Below are positions 34,507 through 44,940 of a DNA stretch of 64,000 nucleotides, in pieces. Every line of letters begins with the position of its first letter. The first letter of the stretch is position 1. The stretch comes from Candidatus Bathyarchaeota archaeon (GTDB lineage: Archaea > Thermoproteota > Bathyarchaeia > Bathyarchaeales > Bathycorpusculaceae). The stretch covers positions 359,516-423,515 of the forward strand of contig CAWGZR010000010.1 in assembly GCA_963827165.1 (NCBI GenBank). The letters are read 5' to 3'. Position numbers and translations under genes: made by a program. The notes beneath the pieces are model-generated. The model searched no databases. It saw only the letters and a list, made by a program, of their open reading frames with translations, and had not been told where the DNA came from.

Positions 34507-36165
34507 CTAAGAAGCCTCCGTTTCTCGGCTTTGTAGGTTCTCTAAGACATGGCTTCCGCAGTTAAAGCAGATTTTAGCAGTTGAGAGGTCGTAGAATTCG
34601 ACGTTGTAGAGGATGTCGCGGGGATTGTTTTGGCACATTGGGCAGGTTTGATCGATGGCGCGTTGGTCTAAATCAAGGATGCGGCAGAAAGCAACTTTAT
34701 CGAGAGAAGGCAACTTAGGGAATTGCGGTTTGTACGATTCCGACGATTGCGACGTTTCCGACGAATCCGACGATTGTAGCAAAGAGATAGTTGTAGGTTT
34801 TAATTGGTAGTTTTCAGGCTCGAATCCGAACCGTTCGCATAGTAGCCGCAGTTTGTTTGTATCCCAAGTGAAACCACGTTTTTTACCAACTCTGCACCGT
34901 TCAAATCCTAAAGCCGCTATTTTTGAGGTTAACGTTTTCCCAAATAACTGTTCTTTTTGTGGACGCTCAAAATTAAAGGCGTTTTCTATGTATTCGTTGG
35001 CAACTGCACCGTTTTCTATGTGGGCGCTGGATGCGATTACAGCAAGCAATATTTCTGATTCAATGCTGGTGTTTTCTTCTGTTTTCTGTTGGCTCGAGAC
35101 TGCCTTAGCGTAATCTACAATGATTTTCTTTTCGGCTTCGTCTGCTACTGCACAGAGGGGCATGAAGATTTCTACGACTCGCGCATTTTTTATTGCTCTG
35201 AGTTCTTCTGGAATGTCAAGTATGGCTTTGGTTTTTGCGTCGTATTCGTCGTAATCGTCGAATTCGTCATATTCGTCGTCAAAGGTGGAGTTAACGGTTT
35301 GTTGGTTTTGGATGGTATTGCCAAGTAGAGTTTCAAAACGCCACTGTAGAAGCCTATTTCGTATTGTCTTTGCTGCTTTGTCGTTTAGTACTATGTCGAG
35401 TTGTCGAGTGTTCTTTGCCATGGTTATAATTATGCTTCGGCTTTCGAGTGTGGCTTTGAGTGCTTCTGTGCCGGCTATGCCTTTGAATCCGAAAACGTGG
35501 AAGGATTTTATCTCTTGGTTGTCGCCTTGACATCTTTCGATGATTGCGCTTCTGCGTTTGTATCCTGCGTTTAGGCATGCGATTACATCGACTTTTTCGT
35601 CTTGGTTGTAGACTTCGGCTTCGTCGAGGAATGGTACACAATTGAATTTTTCTATGCTTCTAAAGAGTGCTGGTGCTGTAGCAGAGACGCTTATTTTTCC
35701 TCGACATGTGAGAACTTGGAGTGTTTCGAGTCCTCTGGTTTTTCCTGAGTTTTTGACGCCGACAAAGAAAACGTATGGTGCTGTCCCCCATTTTTCACTT
35801 ATCCATGTTGCGAATACCCAAGCGGTTAGAACTTCGTATAGGCGTTCATCTGGGAGCTCTACACTTCGCCAAATGAATCTTTTGATAAATCGCCAGAGTT
35901 TCTTTTTGTTTATGGGTTGTATTTGGGTTGGTGTACATAGGTTCCAGTTTATTTCGTCTTGTGATATGGGTGTGTATGCGGTGTTTGTTTCTTTTTGGAT
36001 TATTTTTACTGTTTGTCCGTTGTTGAGTAGGAATTGTTCGCCTTCGACTTGTTCAAAGATCAAGCCTTTTTCGGGTAACCATAATCCGGGGGTTTGTATG
36101 TATGTTGTTTTGGTTTCAGCTGTTGCTTTAGCTTCTGCTCGTTTAAGGTCGGCGGCTATTGCCAT
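34507..36165 (-). CDS. P-loop NTPase / putative replicative helicase (DUF3631-associated type) with C-terminal Zn finger
   Basis: Walker A GVKNSGKT, Walker B FLDEAE, LNAGYKR, LESRS; CPMC...CFNC. Confidence 0.7.
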   Translation of the reverse strand: MAIAADLKRAEAKATAETKTTYIQTPGLWLPEKGLIFEQVEGEQFLLNNGQTVKIIQKETNTAYTPISQDEINWNLCTPTQIQPINKKKLWRFIKRFIWRSVELPDERLYEVLTAWVFATWISEKWGTAPYVFFVGVKNSGKTRGLETLQVLTCRGKISVSATAPALFRSIEKFNCVPFLDEAEVYNQDEKVDVIACLNAGYKRRSAIIERCQGDNQEIKSFHVFGFKGIAGTEALKATLESRSIIITMAKNTRQLDIVLNDKAAKTIRNRLLQWRFETLLGNTIQNQQTVNSTFDDEYDEFDDYDEYDAKTKAILDIPEELRAIKNARVVEIFMPLCAVADEAEKKIIVDYAKAVSSQQKTEENTSIESEILLAVIASSAHIENGAVANEYIENAFNFERPQKEQLFGKTLTSKIAALGFERCRVGKKRGFTWDTNKLRLLCERFGFEPENYQLKPTTISLLQSSDSSETSQSSESYKPQFPKLPSLDKVAFCRILDLDQRAIDQTCPMCQNNPRDILYNVEFYDLSTAKICFNCGSHVLENLQSRETEAS

Positions 36166-37205
36166 GTTGGAATCTCCGCTTGATCGGTTACGCCTTGACG
36201 TTGATTAATGACTTGGATTACTTCGTAGATTCCAGATATGCCTTTGAGGTTGGTGATGTTTTTTCGGTTGCTGTATTGGTAATCGACTTTAGCAAGAAAC
36301 TCGGCGCGGTCAAAGTCGCTGGTGGCTGTTCGGTTACATACTTCTGCTATTATGTTGCGGGTTGCTTCATGGGGTATGCCTTTTTTGATGCACATACCAC
36401 AAAAGGATATGACTATTTCGTTGCGATAGCCGTTTATCCAATATTTCATTAGAAACTGGATGGTTTGCTCATTATCTTTCGCGGTCAATAGCTTGGCGGT
36501 TGGGGGGTTGGGAGCAAATGACATCTGCACGTTTGTTTTGGTTTGCATCTTCTCCATTCTGGCGGTGTCGGCTTCGCTGAAGCTTAAGCCATGTTTGTTT
36601 TCGAGTTCTTCAATGCGCAAAGGTTCGAATGTGACTAGGTCGAGCATTCGGCTCCATTTGCCTTCTACTTGGTGTTTTCCAAAGGGTAATTTTACAAAGT
36701 TGCCGTAGGGTCGTTCTGGTGAGAGTTCGTTTTGTTTTGGGAATACTTCGATTTGTTTTGGGTTAAGGTTTGCCATCTCTAATATGCGCAGTCCCAGCCA
36801 GCGTGCTGCTTTTGCCTGTACTGGAATTAGGAATAGTAGCCAAATATGGTATGAGGGGTCAGGGTATCTTGAGGCTTCAAGAATTATGCAGTTAGGCCAT
36901 ATTCTGGGTGTTTCGTTGCCTTCTTTGTCCTTTATCCTCTGCATGAGGATGCTTAGAATTTGTTTAGCCGTTTCCTTGGGGTCGGCGAGTTTTTCTGGGT
37001 CAAGGTCGAGGCAGAGCCATTTAATGAGGTTGTTGGTGTCGAGTTGGTAGCTGCCCACTGTGGTTTTTCCGTCTAAATGCTGCTGTAATATTTGATCGGT
37101 TAAGGGTTCGGATATTTTGCTGTAGCCTTGCTTAAGTTGAATACAATAGCAATCTGTGCGGTTAACAAACAAGGTCTTGAGAATAGCTAAGATGTCAGCA
37201 GTCAT
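36156..37205 (-). CDS. Archaeo-eukaryotic primase (TOTE-type AEP / prim-pol) with C-terminal helical domain
   Basis: 'HLDGKTTVGSY', 'LCLDLD', 'YHIW', 'IEVFPKQ', 'GNFVKLPFGKH'. Confidence 0.85.
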   Translation of the reverse strand: MTADILAILKTLFVNRTDCYCIQLKQGYSKISEPLTDQILQQHLDGKTTVGSYQLDTNNLIKWLCLDLDPEKLADPKETAKQILSILMQRIKDKEGNETPRIWPNCIILEASRYPDPSYHIWLLFLIPVQAKAARWLGLRILEMANLNPKQIEVFPKQNELSPERPYGNFVKLPFGKHQVEGKWSRMLDLVTFEPLRIEELENKHGLSFSEADTARMEKMQTKTNVQMSFAPNPPTAKLLTAKDNEQTIQFLMKYWINGYRNEIVISFCGMCIKKGIPHEATRNIIAEVCNRTATSDFDRAEFLAKVDYQYSNRKNITNLKGISGIYEVIQVINQRQGVTDQAEIPTWQ

Positions 37206-37294
37206 TGAGTAAACCATCCGGTCTGTTTTTGCAATCAATGCATTTTGCAGGCCACGTATTGTTGGCATTGGCATTCGTCCTATTTTTGGATGAT

Positions 37295-37507
37295 TTATTC
37301 GTCTGCTTTCGCCTCTGACTTGACAATTTTTAGGTAGGCAAAGTCGTGGTGTTGATATATTAGACGTGCGTTTGTTCTTTCAAGAATAAAGCTTGTAATG
37401 CGTTCATTCTCTGAAGCGGTTGTTTCATATACATTCCCAAAAAACAGCTTGGTTTCTGCTGGGTTAAGTTTAGGTTTTTGTTCTAAATCGACTGTGGTTC
37501 GATTCAA
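37295..37507 (-). CDS. Small hypothetical element protein
   Basis: 70 aa ORF co-oriented upstream of the primase. Confidence 0.45.
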   Translation of the reverse strand: MNRTTVDLEQKPKLNPAETKLFFGNVYETTASENERITSFILERTNARLIYQHHDFAYLKIVKSEAKADE

Positions 37508-37584
37508 TTCAAATCTCCAGTACTTTCGGTTTTTATTCTGGAGGGCATGGAAAAAAGGGAACTGAAAAATGATGGGAAAGGGAA

Positions 37585-38298
37585 CTATGACTCTTGCAAC
37601 AGAAAAATTTCACGCATAGTAAAAAATGGGCAGACGTTTGTGCATTCTTTGACTTTCCATGCTCTAATAGGGCATATTTTATCGCAGAATCTTTTAAATT
37701 CTTGGCTGGCAAGAAGTGCTTCAAGATGAAGGGCTGTACTGAATTTAGGTTTTGTAACTGTATCTTCCTTGTTGCCTACAATAAGTCGTGTTAATTGCAT
37801 TTGAATTCCTTGTTTTTTAAATTCAAAGTAAACGCCGTACCTACAACCTATTTCACAACAATAGACCCAAATTCCGTTTTCCGTTAAACAATAGATTATT
37901 TTTTCGCTGCTATGTTGGGTATCTGGACAGCGCCACCCTTCAATAGTATTAAATCCTGATTGGGAAGCCCTCTCAATTATTTCTTTGGCTTTGGTTAGAT
38001 ACTCTCTTGTAATCTTTTTTTGAAAGTAAACATCTTTATCATATCTTGTGCCTAATCCGAGTTTGCCAAGTTTAAATAAGTAGATTTGAGCTGCGGGTAT
38101 GTTAACGCAATAACCGTTCTTCTTACCACAAGGATATTTTTCAATAACCCCTTCCTGGCAAAGCCGTTTTAGGGCTGCCCAGAAGGTTTTTCTGTGCATT
38201 CCCGATTTTTCAAGGGCTTTTACGAAGGTGATACCAGAGTTACTTGCTATTACGTCTAAGACTTTTAGTTCATTTTTTAATTTAAGGGTTAATTTCAA
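37585..38298 (-). CDS. Winged-HTH protein with Cys-rich C-terminus
   Basis: 'VLDVIASNSGITF...SGMHRKTFWAALKRLCQEGVIEK'. Confidence 0.6.
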   Translation of the reverse strand: MKLTLKLKNELKVLDVIASNSGITFVKALEKSGMHRKTFWAALKRLCQEGVIEKYPCGKKNGYCVNIPAAQIYLFKLGKLGLGTRYDKDVYFQKKITREYLTKAKEIIERASQSGFNTIEGWRCPDTQHSSEKIIYCLTENGIWVYCCEIGCRYGVYFEFKKQGIQMQLTRLIVGNKEDTVTKPKFSTALHLEALLASQEFKRFCDKICPIRAWKVKECTNVCPFFTMREIFLLQES

Positions 38299-38659
38299 GA
38301 TATTATTCCTTTCTGTATTTCTGCTGCGCGCTAACTACAATTGAGAGCTTATTAGTTAAACAGACCAATAGTTTCTGGGTTTAGAGAGAGGATCAGTTAC
38401 GGCTAGAGAGCTAAATTTAGAAAAAAAGCAAAGACATTCAATGGCAATGAGGTGACTTTGGAATTCAAATTTTACTTGAGCCTAAGCTTTTATCAAGTTT
38501 AGAGTGTAAAATAGAATATTGCGAATTGTTTACTCTATCGTACTTATAATATTGAAACAAAAAGTTCTTGAATTAACAAGATCAATTAGAAGTTAAAAAA
38601 AGGAAGGAGACGTGGAAAACATTGCTCGCATTTGTAGTAAAGCTGCAAGCATCTATCGT

Positions 38660-38848
38660 CTATGAAACTCCTAATGTGCTCGATCCAGCGTTATTATGAG
38701 CCAGCCAAACAGAAAAACCGGTACAGCAAAAGGCAACACCAGAAGCGTAACGGCTAACCTCGGGAAATGACGTTCCAACAAGACCCGCAAGCGCACCAGC
38801 CGCGGCAAGATAAAATCCAACCCTCTGCTTAGTGCAACTAAAAGCCAT
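38660..38848 (-). CDS. Small two-TM membrane protein (holin-like topology)
   Basis: 62 aa, two hydrophobic segments, RBS aggtga. Confidence 0.45.
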   Translation of the reverse strand: MAFSCTKQRVGFYLAAAGALAGLVGTSFPEVSRYASGVAFCCTGFSVWLAHNNAGSSTLGVS

Positions 38849-38914
38849 GAACCATCACCTGCCTTCACATTTCTCTTAAACAAATTAATCCCCAACGGTA
38901 ATTCAGCAATTTCA

Positions 38915-39004
38915 AATTTAACTTATGAAGAACGGTTATGCTAAATGGGTAACCGACTTATAGTAAGTGGGTAACCCAGTTACGGTAAGTCGGAGTAGCT
39001 GAAA
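38915..39004. promoter_or_regulatory. 22-bp tandem operator/iteron-like repeats, copy A
   Basis: agaacgg ttatgctaaatgggtaaccgac ttatagtaagtgggtaacccag ttacggtaagt; homologous to 43757-43824. Confidence 0.6.
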
Positions 39005-39231
39005 ATAAACGATTACCAGTCAAGAAACGTTAACGGGAATTAGTCAAGGAACGAGGTTGTGAAAAAACTATTTTCAATTTCAGAAAAATGATTGTTTTAT
39101 GTGAAAAATAGTTGTATTGTAAAGGGATTTACACAAATACGACTCAACTTCTTCGGAGAAATTTGAGTTTTCACACACTCTCGAACCTTTACGGAAAGCC
39201 TTTTATCGTCCCTATTTTCATAATGCTAAGT

Positions 39232-40469
39232 ATGAACAACACTGACAAGGGTTTCTCAATACTTCTTACAACAATAATGATTTTTTCAATCCTGATAATA
39301 GCACCCCTTGGATCTGCTCAAAGCGGTACAAACGTTGGTGGCATTATAAGCCAAAATGCAACTTGGACACAAGCAAACAGTCCATATACCCTAACAGGAA
39401 ATCTACTTGTTGACAATGGTATCACCTTAACAATCCAGTCAGGGGTAACAGTCAACATTAACTCATATTACATAGAAGTTAACGGAACACTTGTCGCAAT
39501 AGGAACGAGCAACAACATGATACAGTTCAACAACGGAGCCATAACATTCACACAGTTTAGCACACCCTGGAATGCAGAAACCAACACAGGAAGCACTATT
39601 CAATACTCCGTGTTTAACGGAACCTCAACCCAAGAGTTCATTATCGCTCTTTATACCGAGTTATTTTCCAACAATGACGTAAGTTACCCCGTCTATGTTG
39701 CTTCAGGCTCGCCTATAATTTCAAACAATATATTTACCGCTCGAACCTTTTTTGGTGGCCAAGGCGGAGGTACAATTTCCTCGCCTGCAATACAGCTTAC
39801 CTCAGTTGGAATGGGTGAACCTCAGGAAGCAGTTGTGTCTGATAACATAATTTCTGGTAGTTTTGGTACAGCGTCAGTGGAAGTTGAAGGAGGTTACCCT
39901 GTTATCGAAGGAAATCTGATAACTGGAGGCGGGACTGGCATCGGAATAGAGGGCTCGGTTCAAACAGGTGTAACAATTATTAACAACACGATTGCCGATT
40001 GCTCAGACAATGGTATTTATGCATATACTAATGCTTTGGGCGCGACAACAATAAGTTTTAACAACTTGGAATATAACTCTGAATATAACCTTTATTGGCA
40101 GATAACCGGCAATTTGAATGCTTCTTACAACTGGTGGGGAACAACTGATAATCAAGCCATTGGCAATTCAATCTACGATTTTAGCAATGACTTTAGCCTA
40201 GGCACAGTAACTTATGTTCCCTTCTTGACGGCACCTAACGCTCAAGCTCCTGCATTGCCTACTCCTACACCTGTCCCTACAAGTACCACATCTCAAACAA
40301 ACTCTCCTTCTCCAACACCAACGGCAATGTCGACTAGCAGTATTCAACCCTCAACCCCAAGCGTATCACCTAGATATCAGAGTTTCCAGAATTATTGGTT
40401 GTTATAACTCTGTTGATTGCAGTTTTAGTTTCAGTAATAGCAATGATGAGAAAACGAAAAATAAATTGA
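39232..40469 (+). CDS. Secreted right-handed beta-helix protein with PEF-CTERM-like anchor; frameshift near the end
   Basis: Signal peptide, 'WTQANSPY', Asn-ladder repeats, 'NASYNWWG'; shifted frame gives 'SEFPELLVV...MRKRKIN*'. Confidence 0.75.
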
Positions 40470-40880
40470 GACCCCTTTGTCACTGTCGGGCGCATAATCT
40501 CCATAACCCTCCGCAGGACGCCTATTGACAACGCCTAATCTTCAAGCATCCTGCACTACTGTCGTCTTATCAACTTACAAGATTTCGTCTCCAAGTACCA
40601 CCCGTGTTGTCTTCGCGGGTGACGCCAGAAACCCTGATTGGTCACCGAGAAACTCACTTTGTAAATTCTTTAACTTCTCTTTTCATTGATTGTTCTTACA
40701 CGACGGATAAAATCTAAACAAATTGAACAAACATTTAAGTTGTATCTGAAAAATGAAGTAGTTTTGACATTTACTTTACATTTCTGAACATGCGATTTTT
40801 AGGGAAATTTTTTCTGAAGCGATCTATCTTTTGATTTTTGCTTTAGAGATGATATTAATAAAAAAAGGAAGGTTTGCTGC

Positions 40881-41048
40881 TCACTTTGGTGCAGCTTTTG
40901 GATCAGCATTTTCCTTCTTCAGCGACGCGTTTTCATCTATCAAAGTCTTTATGACGACGTTGAGCTGAGTCAGCATGTCATTAATCCGTAGATTTAACAG
41001 ACCAACTTGTTGCGTGATAGGATCGATGTTTGTTTGCCCTTGACTCAT
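40881..41048 (-). CDS. Small coiled-coil protein downstream of the fibre gene
   Basis: 'LNLRINDMLTQLNVVIKTLIDENASLKKEN'. Confidence 0.55.
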   Translation of the reverse strand: MSQGQTNIDPITQQVGLLNLRINDMLTQLNVVIKTLIDENASLKKENADPKAAPK

Positions 41049-41049
41049 T

Positions 41050-43609
41050 TTAGCTTGCACCAATCTTTGTGGCTTGTTGCAGTTGAGACCGTAAATTCTC
41101 GACTTCCTTTGCTAAGCCTTGAATAGCTGACAATGCATAAGTCGTTAGCATATTGTAATTCAAAGTGTGCTCGTCAGCATGCGTCGAACTCTTGTACACT
41201 GTCACAGCTTCTGGTACAATTTCAGCAACTTCTTGAGCAAAGAACCCTGCGACTATGTTGTTGCCTTTTTTGGTTTCAGGCTTCCAAGCGAAATGCAGCG
41301 GATTTAGCTTAGTTATTGCACTAAGAGCTGTTTTGGGACTTAAAGTTTCAACCAAGTTTTTGTCTCTTTGATCACTGGAAACGGCGATTTCTCCCCCACA
41401 GAAAATACCATAATATGCCCAAAGGGAGATATTCCCCAGCCATCCAATACTCTGGCCGGTGGTACCATTACTGTTCAGATATCCATAGCTTGAGGTGGTC
41501 ATTGGATTTGAACCAGTGATTACTACTTGTCCTGTAGCCGTTAAGTCTCCTAGCATCAAGTTACCCCATGGCCAGTTTTGCATGTATTGACCGCTTCCGT
41601 TTCCATATTTGAGCCACAATGTACTATTTCCTGAACCTTGCGGCGATGGATAGTCAATTAAAACTATTGCTGCAGGATCTCCTGTTTCGGTATAGCTGTG
41701 TCCAAGTTGTATAGCACCTCCGCCTGTACCTGTCTGGCTATTGGGGCTTGTACTCGAGCCCAGAAAACCGTAAGCACTGATGTCTCCACCGGCGGTTATG
41801 CCATATTGAGTTTGTATAAATGGCGCGTTAGGTTCCATCGAGCTAGTAACTGCGGAAAGATACGTTGGATAAGATGTTCCTTGATAAGATGCAAATAACG
41901 TTATTGTGCTTCCAGGAGCCTTAAGCGTCATGTTTCCTAAGCTATCATCCAGTGTGTTATTTTGAGTCTGAGTCATACCGCCGGGGGCTAATGTGAGTGA
42001 ATTAGTACCATTTGATTTAAGCGCTGTCCAATAGTTAACTAGTTCGCCATTGCCGATTACATTTGCATCGAAAAGCAGTTCTGAAGTTCCATTGCTAGCA
42101 ATAATCGCGGGTGACTGATGATTTATCCCAAGAGGGTATCCAGATGCTTTTACGAACATCGGGTTTGTGTCGCCGAGGCCAATATATCCATATGTTCCAG
42201 CTGCGTTCTGTACGTCCAACGATATGAGTGTAGCATTTCCTGAGCTGTCAAGATGAAGTGAGTTAGTTAGTGCGCTGCCACTATCGCGATAAATATTAAA
42301 GATGGTGTCGTATTTTAGCCAGATGCCGCCGTTCTGTATGCCTAGGCCATCCGTGTTGTTATATGTGTAGCAATCAAGTATCATGCCTGCATTAGAGCCG
42401 GCAACAGGAGCAGACCCTGACGCATTTGAATTTAGAATACCAGTTAGTGTTAATCCCGCGAATGTTGGAGAAGCGGTCAAAGCATTCTGTTTGCCGTTGA
42501 ATGTGGTCCAGTCTGAAGAGGCCAGATAACCATTCGTTGAGCCATTAGCTTGTGGGATCGAGATAACGTTGCCTGAAAGTTGCAATGGTGGAGACGCGCT
42601 AAGAGAACCGCTGGAAGTAATTGTGAATTGGGTTGTTGCAGAAGTGAGTCCTGTTGATGAAGCAGTCAAAGTTGGAGTGCCAGCATTGGCATCTTTGTAG
42701 TAAAAGTTACCTGAACTTTGCCCCGAAGAGATCGTTATAGAAGTAATCTGATTTGTTCCGCCTGAGTCAGAATAAAAGCTTCCGCCTGAAGAAGAAGTAG
42801 ACAAACCAACAGTAGCGCCACTTGTGACAGGATTCCCATTAGATGCCTGCACCTGAACAGTGATTACACTTGAAACTGACCCAACATTCACAGATTGGCC
42901 AGCACCAGCAGTATAAGCCAGTTTAGAAGCAGTTCCACTTGAAGAAGCTTTGAAAGTTGCCATGCAGCCAACCCACAGGGATGAAGTACCTGACGTTCCG
43001 CCTGAATCGGCAGTACCCGTTGCATTAACTGTTTTGTAGACTACTGCTTGACTAACATATCCGTAATTTCCAGCTGCCCCATCTAACATGGTAAAACCGT
43101 TTGTTGGATAAGTGATTGTAGTGTACAGTTGTATTGCCACTGCGCCAAACCATAGTTCAGCCGCTTGAGTTGTTGTCGCTGTGGTTCCTGTGTCTAAAGC
43201 GGAAGAACCACTACTAAGCATTCGCGTTAGTTGCAGTCTTGTCAAGAAAGCTGCTTGTTGCTAATCCGGAGAATTCAAACATTTCGCCTATAGCTTCATG
43301 TACAGAGCCGGAAAGAGTTACGCTTGCTGATGTTGAAGGTGTGCCCGATGCTTCAATTAGGCCGGCCCAAATTTCCATATTCAAGTTACTTCCACTGCCA
43401 CCGTATTCAGCGATTTGTCTTGTCCAAGTAACACCAGTTTGCACAATCGAAGAAACAGTTACGCCTCCACTTTGATTTGTAGTAATAGCCGCAACCAAGA
43501 GATTGTTATTGGTTGGAGTAGTAGTCAATGTAATGGTGAATGGCGTTGTTGTACTGTCTGTTCTAGCGCGGATTTGAAGTTCCGCCCTGTAACAAGCGCT
43601 CATGCTCAC
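41050..43609 (-). CDS. Tail-fibre/spike-like protein with C-terminal intramolecular chaperone (peptidase S74); frameshift near 43220
   Basis: 'SSDQRDKN...LNPLHFAWK...GFFAQEVAEIVPEAV...LNYNMLT..ALSAIQGL' plus coiled coil; G/S/T-rich body; 'NGYLASSDWTTFNGKQNAL' phage-fibre motif. Confidence 0.85.
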
Positions 43610-43756
43610 GGTTTAACCTCCCAAGCCATCGAGACTGTGTATCCATTTTTAGGCGAAGCTTTTGGCCGTTTTGTTGGAACCTGTTATCCGGGTTCCGATT
43701 TTTTTCACTTATCCGTTTCCATTTTTTATCCCTGGCTACTGTTTCGGCGGTTTTAG

Positions 43757-43824
43757 ATTTAAGGCATGTAGAACGGTTATGCTAAGTGGGTAACCCAGCT
43801 ACGCTAACTGGTAGGTAACTGAAA
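43757..43824. promoter_or_regulatory. 22-bp operator/iteron-like repeats, copy B
   Basis: agaacggttatgctaagtgggtaacccagctacgctaactgg, upstream of the fibre gene. Confidence 0.6.
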
Positions 43825-43962
43825 GTGAATGTTTTTATGGAAAAACAAGTGAAAGTGAAGAGGTTTACTTTCACTTACCCCTCCACTGTTCCAAGCTGTT
43901 GGTTCGACGTTTGGCTTTATAAGCTAAAAACGGAAAAAAAAGAAAGCCCCTAAGGTGAGAGA

Positions 43963-44244
43963 TTGAATTTAGAAGAAATTTTGTCTTCAGCTTGCAGGCG
44001 AAAAATAATCAAATATTTAGCAGAAAATGGCTCAGTAAATATAATGCGGCTAATTGTGGGAGTCAACAGTAAATACCCGCAAGTTAATTCTGAATTGCAG
44101 ATCCTACAGAAAGAAGGTATAATAAGTGACCAGCATATTGGTCGGACGCGTCTTATCAGGCTTAACAAACAAAATCCTGGTACTATGCTGATTCTTCAAG
44201 CGTTAAAAATCTTAACTGACAAAAAAGCGGATAAATCAAAATAA
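43963..44244 (+). CDS. ArsR-like winged-HTH regulator
   Basis: 'ILSSACRRKIIKYL...VNSELQILQKEGII....GRTRLIRLN'. Confidence 0.8.
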   Translation: MNLEEILSSACRRKIIKYLAENGSVNIMRLIVGVNSKYPQVNSELQILQKEGIISDQHIGRTRLIRLNKQNPGTMLILQALKILTDKKADKSK

Positions 44245-44255
44245 GGCGAAAATAG

Positions 44256-44654
44256 TTGGAACCGACAAAAAATCAAGATAGCGTATCTTCCAAAATAATA
44301 TGCCTTCTAAGAGACTTAGGCGCTCAAACGCTCAGTATTCAGGAAGCTCTAAATGCTCTCCTGAAACAGTCAGTTACTCTTCCTCTACAACTAATTACGC
44401 AAATAGAAGGCTTCATTGCTGAACACAGTGAGTTCGGTTTCAAATCCAAAGAAGATTTTATAATTAATGATGCCAGTTTCAGGTTGAATTGGCTTAACAG
44501 TAATAATGAACGTTTGGAGATAACAAGGGAGCGATACGACGAACTTGATGAAGCTGTCAAGGTGATGGAAACGCCATTTTGCAGTGCTGAGGAGTTCATA
44601 CAAACTCAAATAGACGATATTTTAGAGAAATACCATAACCATGTTAAAATCTAA
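44256..44654 (+). CDS. Protein with tandem ribbon-helix-helix-like units
   Basis: 'VTLPLQLITQIE....FGFKSKEDFI' and 'LEITRERYDELD....FCSAEEFI'. Confidence 0.55.
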   Translation: MEPTKNQDSVSSKIICLLRDLGAQTLSIQEALNALLKQSVTLPLQLITQIEGFIAEHSEFGFKSKEDFIINDASFRLNWLNSNNERLEITRERYDELDEAVKVMETPFCSAEEFIQTQIDDILEKYHNHVKI

Positions 44655-44839
44655 CGACATGAATAACTATCAATTGCGGCTTTGTCCGCCTCCTTTTCAG
44701 GTAAGAATTCATTTACGCAAAGAAAGAGGGGATTTTGCGAGTGAAATCACGAGAATTCAAATCTCTCCCTAAGTCACTTGAGAAAACAACCATTTTTTCT
44801 AACTTTGAAATTTTTGGTTTGGCCATACGAGGCCAATTG

Positions 44840-44940
44840 GGGCTTGCTGAGGCTCTGGATACTCATATGCGAAAAGAAAGTACAAATGTTTTTACGATAC
44901 GATGATTCCATCGTTATTTTAAGCAGAGCTTTCTCAGCCC
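44840..44940 (-). repeat. Bulged-hairpin repeat copy 1
   Basis: gggcttgctgaggctctg...cagagctttctcagccc; abuts the GNAT stop codon. Confidence 0.75.

Noticed and set aside
38915-38946. Chromosomal dif site
   Set aside because: The arms resemble Xer boxes, but the spacer is 9 bp rather than 6 and the second copy lacks the left arm.
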